Source: a virus (taxonomy: Duplodnaviria > Caudoviricetes). From it: 54,016 nucleotides of DNA. Shown here piece after piece: positions 44,471 to 50,833 of this stretch. Numbering within the stretch: the first letter of the stretch is position 1; the number at the start of each line of letters is the position of its first letter. The position numbers were made by a program, and so were the translations under genes. The notes under the pieces were generated by a model. That model was not told where the DNA came from. It searched no databases and saw only the letters and a program-made list of their open reading frames with translations. The DNA is taken from positions 1 to 54,016 of IMG/VR virus record IMGVR_UViG_3300042332_001412; one strand, given 5' to 3'.

Positions 44471-44635
44471 GTCCAGGCAACCGTTGGCGTTCAGCCAGCC
44501 AGCACACCAGCCTTCACCAGTGTAGCATCCGACATAGTAGTTGCCAATTGAAATACCAAACTGTTCTTCCATGTGGTAGGTATTCTTCAGATCCCAGCCG
44601 AGATAGAAGAATTTGGTCTGAATGGAGAATTTCAT
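44468..44635 (-). CDS. Small aromatic/Gly-rich early protein (55 aa)
   Basis: Not in the track: MKFSIQTKFFYLGWDLKNTYHMEEQFGISIGNYYVGCYTGEGWCAGWLNANGCLD, between two promoter cassettes. Confidence 0.7.
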   Translation of the reverse strand: MKFSIQTKFFYLGWDLKNTYHMEEQFGISIGNYYVGCYTGEGWCAGWLNANGCLD

Positions 44636-44658
44636 GGCCTTGTGTGGTTGACTTGTTC

Positions 44659-44714
44659 AGTATGGCATGGGTTGGGGGCTGGTGTCAACCCCCTGACTGA
44701 TTAGGGTTGCTTAT
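44659..44714 (-). promoter_or_regulatory. Class C early promoter: LysR-type dyad, 11 nt, TTGACA-N18-CATACT
   Basis: Dyad ATTAGggttgCTTAT at 44700-14 (plus-strand reading), -35 at 44683-88 and -10 at 44659-64. Confidence 0.7.
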
Positions 44715-44899
44715 CAATCCTCCAGCAGTTCGGGATTGTATTCTTCAACCTCTGTAATCAATTCTTCATCAGAATAGGAAGAAAGATTGTCAATCAAAGT
44801 ATCATAAACCATACGCTCCATAGTCTTCATGTCCATACCATCAATAATCTGCTGAACATAGGTTTCAATCAGCGAATCACGGTCAAAGGTGTTAGTCAT
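44714..44899 (-). CDS. Small acidic early protein (probable start MTNTFDRDSL, 61 aa)
   Basis: Track ORF 44714-44920; the ATG at 44899 follows the shared leader GTTCACTTCTGAACCACTC; YVQQIIDGMDMKT...YNPELLED. Confidence 0.8.
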   Translation of the reverse strand: MTNTFDRDSLIETYVQQIIDGMDMKTMERMVYDTLIDNLSSYSDEELITEVEEYNPELLED

Positions 44900-44924
44900 G
44901 AGTGGTTCAGAAGTGAACATTAAT

Positions 44925-44980
44925 AATGTAGCAGGTGGGGGCCGAGCTGGTCAACCCCCTGATTGATTAGTAATACTAAT
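44925..44980 (-). promoter_or_regulatory. Class C early promoter: perfect dyad ATTAG-N5-CTAAT, 11 nt, TTGACC-N18-TACATT
   Basis: Dyad at 44966-80, -35 at 44949-54 and -10 at 44925-30. Confidence 0.72.
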
Positions 44981-45162
44981 CAGACATCATAGCAAAGGTA
45001 TTCCATCATCTCTTCTTTATACATTGCAGTCTCAGCTTCAGTATTAAAGCTAATACCTGCGAGGAAGTTGTAATGGTCAACCCAAGATGCACACCATGTC
45101 ATTTTGTAGTCATGATTTGCAACTGAGTTGTACTGATTGCAAGTGTCGAGAATCAGAGCCAT
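44980..45162 (-). CDS. Hypothetical early protein (60 aa)
   Basis: Track ORF with the same leader GTTCACTTCTGAACCACTC as its neighbour. Confidence 0.72.
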   Translation of the reverse strand: MALILDTCNQYNSVANHDYKMTWCASWVDHYNFLAGISFNTEAETAMYKEEMMEYLCYDV

Positions 45163-45189
45163 TGGAGTGGTTCAGAAGTGAACAAAGGT

Positions 45190-45266
45190 AACTTAACCGA
45201 TTTTCAGGGTCCTGTCAACCCTCTGACTGATTAGCTGTCCTTATGGTGTTGATAAGGGTTGCTAAT
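45190..45266 (-). promoter_or_regulatory. Class C early promoter with two dyads 22 bp apart, TTGACA-N17-TAAGTT
   Basis: Dyads ATTAGctgtcCTTAT at 45230-44 and ATAAGggttgCTAAT at 45252-66, -35 at 45213-18, -10 at 45190-95; it overlaps the 3' end of the upstream ORF. Confidence 0.7.
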
Positions 45267-45421
45267 TCAGTTTCATCTAATCCCAGAACATATTCCTCAA
45301 TTACATTCTCCATGAATGTGTAGTTGTTACTATAGAGCTGTTCTTGTAGCAGTTCGATAGCTTCGTCTTGATTCATGGAATGTAGATTAAAGAAACTAAT
45401 CACTTCAGTGTAGTCAACCAT
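45215..45421 (-). CDS. Small acidic hypothetical protein (68 aa)
   Basis: Track ORF; helical and acidic. Confidence 0.65.
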   Translation of the reverse strand: MVDYTEVISFFNLHSMNQDEAIELLQEQLYSNNYTFMENVIEEYVLGLDETELATLINTIRTANQSEG

Positions 45422-45543
45422 CAGTAATCACTCCCATCATTATAATGATCATAATTGGCCATTACAGCTGCAATAGCATTATAATAACCCACCTGGGAGT
45501 TATCATAAAAGATCTTGTGGAGGGATGCAATTAGGGCTTCCAA
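45421..45543 (-). CDS. Possible 40-aa ORF with a TTG start
   Basis: (M)EALIASLHKIFYDNSQVGYYNAIAAVMANYDHYNDGSDY; TGATG coupling to the next gene; directly downstream of a promoter. Confidence 0.4.
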   Translation of the reverse strand: MEALIASLHKIFYDNSQVGYYNAIAAVMANYDHYNDGSDY

Positions 45544-45567
45544 AGAAGGTCTCTCAGGGACATATGC

Positions 45568-45621
45568 AATATAGGCCATTTTCGGGTGCCTGTCAAGTGG
45601 TGAATGATCAGTAATGCTTAT
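45568..45621 (-). promoter_or_regulatory. Class C early promoter: dyad, 10 nt, TTGACA-N17-TATATT
   Basis: Dyad ATCAGtaatgCTTAT at 45607-21, -35 at 45591-96 and -10 at 45568-73; a further perfect dyad ATTAGcaataCTAAT lies at 45654-68. Confidence 0.75.
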
Positions 45622-45721
45622 GGGTGTATGATGTATAGTTAATAATCTCTGATATTAGCAATACTAATCGGAGGGGCTCGGAATGATTTGGAGTCCTTAT
45701 GGGTTTTTTGGGCCGGGGGGC

Positions 45722-45750
45722 TTGACAAATTCGGCGTGATGTGGTATACT
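45722..45750 (+). promoter_or_regulatory. Plus-strand near-consensus sigma70 promoter TTGACA-N17-TATACT with extended -10
   Basis: TTGACA at 45722-27 and TGgTATACT at 45742-50; divergent from the early array, with no credible ORF downstream. Confidence 0.75.
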
Positions 45751-45801
45751 GCGGGCCAAGACTGCTGAACCTCCGAACCTTTCTGAGACAACCAGACACA
45801 T

Positions 45802-45872
45802 TCGGAGGTATACAGTATATACTTAATAATCTATCACATATACTCGGAGATATACAGTATATACTTAATAAT
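45802..45872 (+). repeat. Two 29-bp direct repeats TCGGAG(G/A)TATACAGTATATACTTAATAAT
   Basis: Copies at 45802-30 and 45844-72 (period 42, one mismatch). Confidence 0.9.
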
Positions 45873-45943
45873 TTCTCTCTTTCATTCTCTCTCTACACAT
45901 CACAAACATATATTTTTTATTACATTTAATCTAATGTTAATAA

Positions 45944-46561
45944 TTACACATATTCATACTTACCATTCCGCATCACTTCTATCCACCTATTCAATCCTTC
46001 AATAACTCTTTGATCTGTTTCTTGTGGTAGATAATAATCTTCTAGAATAGCTATTTTCTTCTTCAAATATGCCTGATGTGCTTCTTCTGGTGTATAATAA
46101 TATCCAGCAGAGATAAACTTTCTATTCAAACTAACTCGTGATTGATATTCTTTATTCCTATGTTTGTTTCCTGTATGACGAATCACACCAATAGGATACT
46201 CAGTAGTAGCTACTTTTTTATAAGAGAAGAACATGTTCAATGAAGAACTTACAAAGATACAAGTATCTGGTCCATAGACTTTATTACCAGGATATAATAT
46301 ATCTTTGTCTAACTGTTTACCTGTTACATCACCTTGTTGCAAATACCATTTTTTGAAATTAGAGAATGTATGCCATTCTGGTGCAACACTACACCCAATA
46401 TATGATGGGCGACGCTGTAAATAGCAAGTATTATAACATCTTGCTAACATACTTTTCCATACACTATAAATTTTACATTCTACATATTTTCCATTGGCTC
46501 TTGATGTAACTACATAATCAGCATCATTGATGCCTACTCCATATAAAAGTGATTTTGCCAT
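45944..46561 (-). CDS. HNH-type (homing) endonuclease with an AP2-like C-terminus
   Basis: YGVGINDADY, WKSMLARCY, YIGCSVAPEWHTFSNFKKW, QLDKDIL.PGNKVYGPDTCIFV and GYYYTPEEAHQAY. Confidence 0.85.
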   Translation of the reverse strand: MAKSLLYGVGINDADYVVTSRANGKYVECKIYSVWKSMLARCYNTCYLQRRPSYIGCSVAPEWHTFSNFKKWYLQQGDVTGKQLDKDILYPGNKVYGPDTCIFVSSSLNMFFSYKKVATTEYPIGVIRHTGNKHRNKEYQSRVSLNRKFISAGYYYTPEEAHQAYLKKKIAILEDYYLPQETDQRVIEGLNRWIEVMRNGKYEYV

Positions 46562-46565
46562 AAGC

Positions 46566-46904
46566 TCATTTGTTTCGTTGGTTTAGTTTAACTTTTTTAA
46601 TAATCTCTTGATGTTCTTCTTCTCTATCTGCTTCTGCTCTCTTATTAGCACGATACCTTGCTACTCTATCTCTTTCTGCCTGTAGTCTTTCTCTTTGGCT
46701 TTGATTTAATTCCTTTTGTCTTTGTGATACATCTTCACCGAGTTTGTATTCTCTTGGGCCTCGGTCTGGGTTTTTGTCAATATACTTCTGTACTGCCTTT
46801 GCACCAATTCCACCTTGTTTCTTTAATTGCTTCTCAATATGCTTCTTAGAGTACAATGGCTTGACTTTCTTTGCTTCTTCTAGAAATTGCTTAAAAGTAA
46901 TCAT
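46566..46904 (-). CDS. Basic protein with a T4-like capsid-targeting sequence (candidate internal head protein)
   Basis: The N-terminus MITFKQFLEE-A resembles the T4 internal-protein CTS; late promoter-like ACTAAATA at 46932-39. Confidence 0.7.
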   Translation of the reverse strand: MITFKQFLEEAKKVKPLYSKKHIEKQLKKQGGIGAKAVQKYIDKNPDRGPREYKLGEDVSQRQKELNQSQRERLQAERDRVARYRANKRAEADREEEHQEIIKKVKLNQRNK

Positions 46905-46931
46905 TTTGAATGTTTTTGAAGGGCTATGATG

Positions 46932-46939
46932 TATTTAGT
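46932..46939 (-). promoter_or_regulatory. Late promoter-like ACTAAATA
   Basis: Same octamer as upstream of gp20; ends 27 nt before the ATG at 46904. Confidence 0.55.
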
Positions 46940-47005
46940 GGTGGAAGGTGTTTTAGTGTCAGAAAGTAGTGTTTTTTGGTCGTAAACACTGAGCTTTGAG
47001 ATGCT

Positions 47006-47683
47006 TTAGAAACACTTATATACATGAAACATCATGCTATGATAGCCTGATGTGTATTTCTTTCCTGATCCTTTCATTTGTAGATGAAATAACTTGTCTG
47101 AGTTAAATGTTTCAAAGTGTAATGTTGTTGGATTTAGAATCCATTTGCCTGAATGTACGAGTGACTTAATGCTTTCTATTGTGTGCAGGCTTGTTTGTTT
47201 TGTTTTTTTGGAATGCCATACTAAATGTGTGACTGGTGTGTTTTGCATTCCTTTTTCTAGAATCACTTCAAATATAGACATTCTATTGTCATTGAACCAG
47301 TCTAGGGCTTGGTTGCTTAAATTTGTGGGTATTTCATTTGTTGTGAGTCTGTGTCTTCGATTTGTTCCGCAGCTTATATCTTCATGCGGAACACCGAAGA
47401 ATAAATCAAACCAATTCCGCAGAGGTTGTTGAATATGAAAATATTCACACCAGCGAAGAGTTGAAGTTAGATGGCATTGTGTATGATTACTACTGACAGA
47501 CTTTACACTATAGGTATTTGTACTGTTGGAATCTAGAATGTCAATCTTGGTTTTATTGCCACCATGAACAATAAAAGTTCCTGGGTAGTTTGAGGCTAAC
47601 CAGGAACAGATTCGTTGTTCTTGTAAGTGACCTTCTTTCTTTGCTAGTGTACCTGCAATTATCTGTGCTTCTGTTGCTGACAT
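47006..47683 (-). CDS. PD-(D/E)XK restriction-endonuclease-like protein (HinP1I/MspI-like motif order)
   Basis: AKKEGHLQE ... TKIDIL ... YSVKS...HTQCH ... FHLQMKGSG ... MMFHV; a -10 TATACT lies at 47703-08. Confidence 0.6.
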   Translation of the reverse strand: MSATEAQIIAGTLAKKEGHLQEQRICSWLASNYPGTFIVHGGNKTKIDILDSNSTNTYSVKSVSSNHTQCHLTSTLRWCEYFHIQQPLRNWFDLFFGVPHEDISCGTNRRHRLTTNEIPTNLSNQALDWFNDNRMSIFEVILEKGMQNTPVTHLVWHSKKTKQTSLHTIESIKSLVHSGKWILNPTTLHFETFNSDKLFHLQMKGSGKKYTSGYHSMMFHVYKCF

Positions 47684-47773
47684 GATTCAATCATGTAGCT
47701 TTAGTATAGGTATGATAGGTGCCGAAGATCTTAATAGTCTTTGGCTTTGGATTGTGGTGATAGGGTTTCTTGC

Positions 47774-48046
47774 TCATAGTGTTTGTACCTCTTTTAGAAT
47801 GTTGTTAATGTCAGTTTCATCTTGGTGGCCTAATACATCTTCTGTGATGAATGTATCATAGCACAGTTCATATTTATCTGGTGTGCCTTGAAGAATGGCT
47901 ACTTCATACAGATCATCTTGAAATCCATAGGAACCAGGAAAGCGTACTACAGATACACCATAACCATTTGAAAAGAAGTGTACTGCCTGAATGCCATCAT
48001 CCTTGAAATACGGATGTGATTCAAATTTCAAATCAGTGAAGTTCAT
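47774..48046 (-). CDS. Conserved phage hypothetical protein (probable start MNFTDLKF, 90 aa)
   Basis: FSNGYGVSVVR..GSYG...LYEVAIL; ATGA overlap with the upstream ORF at 48043-46. Confidence 0.8.
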   Translation of the reverse strand: MNFTDLKFESHPYFKDDGIQAVHFFSNGYGVSVVRFPGSYGFQDDLYEVAILQGTPDKYELCYDTFITEDVLGHQDETDINNILKEVQTL

Positions 48047-48201
48047 TTGCAGTGATGGTGATTGGGATATTTGATGCAATACAGTTGGTGTACTGCTCGA
48101 TATTCTGTATCTATCAGTTTACCATTATCACGAAGAACAGCAAGAGTATTCCAACCAATGATAATAGCAAAAGCACAAATAGCAGTTGGAATCAGTTTCA
48201 T
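48043..48201 (-). CDS. Small protein with an N-terminal hydrophobic segment (probable start MKLIPTAI)
   Basis: Part of track ORF 48043-48240, with ATGA overlaps at both ends. Confidence 0.65.
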   Translation of the reverse strand: MKLIPTAICAFAIIIGWNTLAVLRDNGKLIDTEYRAVHQLYCIKYPNHHHCK

Positions 48202-48332
48202 GCATTGTACCCTTCGATTTGAAGTAAAGCACGACGGCAATCATATGCCTGTGTTTGTGAATTGAATGTTGCTACCTTTTGAAATGGTTTCAGTCTGTAA
48301 ATAGACCATTTCGTAGAACCAATCTCTTGCAT
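48198..48332 (-). CDS. Small hypothetical protein (44 aa)
   Basis: Not in the track: MQEIGSTKWSIYRLKPFQKVATFNSQTQAYDCRRALLQIEGYNA; ATGA overlap with the next gene. Confidence 0.6.
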   Translation of the reverse strand: MQEIGSTKWSIYRLKPFQKVATFNSQTQAYDCRRALLQIEGYNA

Positions 48333-48370
48333 AATCCTGTACGGATTGTCAATACCAAGTGGATAAGGTT

Positions 48371-48619
48371 TCATGCTTCGATGATAGAGAAGGAACCACA
48401 GAATTTGCGAACCCAGTTCAGAGTTTCATGGTAATTTCTGGGATTAGAGAGAACTGCAGTAGCATTATTGCGTGGATTGTGAGCAATAGCAACATACTGA
48501 TTGTCATCAACCTCTTCAATCCACATCTGATTTACATTACCATCTTGCCAATCCCAGCGAGATGTGGTGTAGTGATACACTTCACGAGGCTTGCGTTGGC
48601 TGGTGAATGTTTGGATCAT
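48371..48619 (-). CDS. Hypothetical early protein (82 aa)
   Basis: Track ORF directly downstream of a class C promoter, with the leader GGGAACCACCCATG. Confidence 0.75.
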   Translation of the reverse strand: MIQTFTSQRKPREVYHYTTSRWDWQDGNVNQMWIEEVDDNQYVAIAHNPRNNATAVLSNPRNYHETLNWVRKFCGSFSIIEA

Positions 48620-48644
48620 GGGTGGTTCCCTTGACTACCTTTGT

Positions 48645-48698
48645 ATATTAACCCACCTGAGGCGGAAGGTCAACCTCTGATTCATTAGTCTTCTTAAT
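48645..48698 (-). promoter_or_regulatory. Class C early promoter: dyad ATTAG-N5-TTAAT, 10 nt, TTGACC-N17-TAATAT
   Basis: Dyad at 48684-98, -35 at 48668-73 and -10 at 48645-50, embedded in the 3' end of the upstream ORF. Confidence 0.68.
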
Positions 48699-48833
48699 GG
48701 TGCGGAGACGCTTCCGCATTTCATACTGATGGTTCCGTGTGAATGCGTAAATAATCACAACAAGTGCTCCAGCCAGTCCTGCAACAGCAGCAATAGCATT
48801 GATCTCAGTGGGGAAAGTAGTGGTTTCAATCAT
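48648..48833 (-). CDS. Small single-pass membrane protein (61 aa)
   Basis: Hydrophobic AIAAVAGLAGALVVIIYAF followed by a basic tail. Confidence 0.65.
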   Translation of the reverse strand: MIETTTFPTEINAIAAVAGLAGALVVIIYAFTRNHQYEMRKRLRTIKKTNESEVDLPPQVG

Positions 48834-49050
48834 CTAGAATACCTTCTAAGCGTGGTAGTGTAAAAGTTATGTAGTCTGGATCTTCTTCAAGAAGTTCTCG
48901 ATACTCATTAAAGATTGCTAGAGCATTGAAAACATTCTTGCTGATCTTTTTGACCTTTTTAGTTTTCAATGCACGACGATCAAATAACTCCATTCGATTT
49001 CGTGCATTGACTTCAGACAAAAAGATTGAATAATCAACTGGGTCCATCAT
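48826..49050 (-). CDS. Hypothetical protein (74 aa)
   Basis: Track ORF in a tightly packed operon, with AAGGAG upstream. Confidence 0.65.
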   Translation of the reverse strand: MMDPVDYSIFLSEVNARNRMELFDRRALKTKKVKKISKNVFNALAIFNEYRELLEEDPDYITFTLPRLEGILDD

Positions 49051-49192
49051 TGTGAGGATCTCCTTTTCCTTCTAGTGATTTGGCGAAAAGTTCAACATAC
49101 TTTTCAAGATATGCAGTATCATAAGCTGCAAGATGATTCTTTGATAATTCCTTGTGCATGTTGTTCAGATTGGTCCAATCTTCGTCGTTCAT
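49034..49192 (-). CDS. Small hypothetical protein (52 aa)
   Basis: Not in the track: MNDEDWTNLNNMHKELSKNHLAAYDTAYLEKYVELFAKSLEGKGDPHNDGPS; ATGA overlap with the phosphoesterase stop. Confidence 0.65.
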   Translation of the reverse strand: MNDEDWTNLNNMHKELSKNHLAAYDTAYLEKYVELFAKSLEGKGDPHNDGPS

Positions 49193-49821
49193 AGTTCCAA
49201 ATCAATGTGTTCTAATTCACCCAGACCAATGTATTCAACACCATTGTGTATAGTGTGATGGTTGACATGCCAATGTCCATGAATGAATAGATCTGGTTTG
49301 TGAATCTCTAGTATATTATCAAGAAACTGACGAGTGATAGATGGATCGTCATATTTCGTTTTATTACACTTAGAGCACACTATGTATGTTAGACTCTCTG
49401 GCATTTCATGTGCCACAATGATAGATGGTTTGAGTTTCTCATATACATCGCACACAATGAGAAACTCTTTATATGATAATTCTTCATTCACCCACCAGTT
49501 GTAACCTTCTGTTCTGTAATGTGCATCAATAGATTTTGCACCACCAATACAGAAGATTTTATCATGAACCATTGTGCCATCAGGTATCCAGAATGGATGC
49601 TTTTTACATACACTTGGATTGTCATGATTGCCACGAATGAATCGGTGATCACCTTTTTTCATGGAATCATATGGTGGATTAGAATGAACTTGCTCAGTGA
49701 TCTTACTCACAAAGCCAACACCGAAGTCACCAACCTGAATCGAAGTATCGCATTCATTGATGATCTTCTTATACTTCTTCCAGTTACCATGAACATCACC
49801 AATGAAGCGAATACTTTTCAT
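49189..49821 (-). CDS. Calcineurin-like metallophosphoesterase
   Basis: All five motifs are present: GDVHG, GDFG, GNHD, AHE and HGHWH. Confidence 0.92.
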   Translation of the reverse strand: MKSIRFIGDVHGNWKKYKKIINECDTSIQVGDFGVGFVSKITEQVHSNPPYDSMKKGDHRFIRGNHDNPSVCKKHPFWIPDGTMVHDKIFCIGGAKSIDAHYRTEGYNWWVNEELSYKEFLIVCDVYEKLKPSIIVAHEMPESLTYIVCSKCNKTKYDDPSITRQFLDNILEIHKPDLFIHGHWHVNHHTIHNGVEYIGLGELEHIDLEL

Positions 49822-50144
49822 TTGTTAAACCATTTGTAGATATAATATATTGCAAACAAAATGATTGCAACTAGAATCACATAGCGAAACACATAGACAG
49901 CCATCATGGCACCGAAGAGTAGAATCCAGAACCAACTACCATCAGATGATCCACTAGAATATGATTCAGATGAGTTATTAGATGATGGTGAACTAATTGG
50001 ATTGCATGTAACAACTTCTTTTGCACCATAAGTTGATTTAACTTGTGCAATAGCATCTTGTCGTACAATACCAGGAGTTTCAATCTCGATGTTCTGAAGA
50101 ACATTAGATTGAGTTCGGATTGTTGCTCTCCAGCGTTGTCCCAT
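49818..50144 (-). CDS. Hypothetical membrane protein (108 aa)
   Basis: A soluble N-domain, a Ser-rich linker and two C-terminal hydrophobic segments; ATGA overlap. Confidence 0.75.
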   Translation of the reverse strand: MGQRWRATIRTQSNVLQNIEIETPGIVRQDAIAQVKSTYGAKEVVTCNPISSPSSNNSSESYSSGSSDGSWFWILLFGAMMAVYVFRYVILVAIILFAIYYIYKWFNK

Positions 50145-50145
50145 G

Positions 50146-50322
50146 TTACTGTCCTACTTTGTAAATGATGCAACGCTTAAACTCTTGCCACTCAGTATCG
50201 CTAAAGTTGTCACTAGCATAAGGAATACCAACATCACTGGCACATTGCCTTGCAATACTTTCAGGAACAGGAGTCGATAGGAAATCATACTGAATGATTG
50301 TGGCCAGAAGAATTGGAATCAT
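50146..50322 (-). CDS. Small hypothetical protein (58 aa)
   Basis: Not in the track: MIPILLATIIQYDFLSTPVPESIARQCASDVGIPYASDNFSDTEWQEFKRCIIYKVGQ; it fills the gap and has an ATGA overlap. Confidence 0.68.
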   Translation of the reverse strand: MIPILLATIIQYDFLSTPVPESIARQCASDVGIPYASDNFSDTEWQEFKRCIIYKVGQ

Positions 50323-50543
50323 GATTCAGAAATGAAACGGTCAGACCAGAGCAACCCAAAGGTTTCTTTGAGGTTGTCCAGCATAGTGTAGCGTTGAATC
50401 AGGGTATTGTCAAGTGGCAATTCATGCAATCCATCATCATAGGGTGCCAGTACCTGAACTGACTGCAGAGCGTGCATGATAATGTCAATCATGAGTTCAT
50501 GTTGTGACTCAGTAAAAGTCACTGTGATGTCACCTTGGTTCAT
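50319..50543 (-). CDS. Hypothetical protein (74 aa)
   Basis: Track ORF in a packed operon. Confidence 0.7.
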   Translation of the reverse strand: MNQGDITVTFTESQHELMIDIIMHALQSVQVLAPYDDGLHELPLDNTLIQRYTMLDNLKETFGLLWSDRFISES

Positions 50544-50545
50544 AA

Positions 50546-50809
50546 TCAGTTTTTGTTAATAGTTACAATTCCACCAAATGCAAGACGGAGACCAATTAGA
50601 ATCCCCCAAACTTGCCATAGTGAGAGTACAGTGTAATTAAATAGATTTACAAGAATCCAGTGCAGTACCCATGCAACTGGAATCATTAGAATTGCACCAA
50701 GAGCAACTGCAACAATTACAACTCCAATGATTGCAACTCCAGCACCTAGGATTTCTGCCCAGGTGTAATTTTTGTTTGGCATAATGCGTCGGCGTCGTGA
50801 ATAGGTCAA
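50546..50809 (-). CDS. Small membrane protein (87 aa)
   Basis: Two long hydrophobic segments; GAGGAGG Shine-Dalgarno before the TTG start. Confidence 0.75.
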   Translation of the reverse strand: MTYSRRRRIMPNKNYTWAEILGAGVAIIGVVIVAVALGAILMIPVAWVLHWILVNLFNYTVLSLWQVWGILIGLRLAFGGIVTINKN

Positions 50810-50833
50810 GGAATCCTCCTCGTCAACAAAGAT

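Noticed and set aside
45802-45872. 29-bp direct repeats as a CRISPR array
   Set aside because: There are only two copies with a 13-nt gap, too short for a spacer.
45608-45929. Track ORFs 45608-45799 (-) and 45741-45929 (+)
   Set aside because: They overlap the divergent promoters and repeats. The plus-strand ORF starts inside the -10 region and merely translates the repeat.
48323-48352. TTGACA at 48347-52 as a promoter
   Set aside because: There is no acceptable -10 at 16-18 nt spacing.
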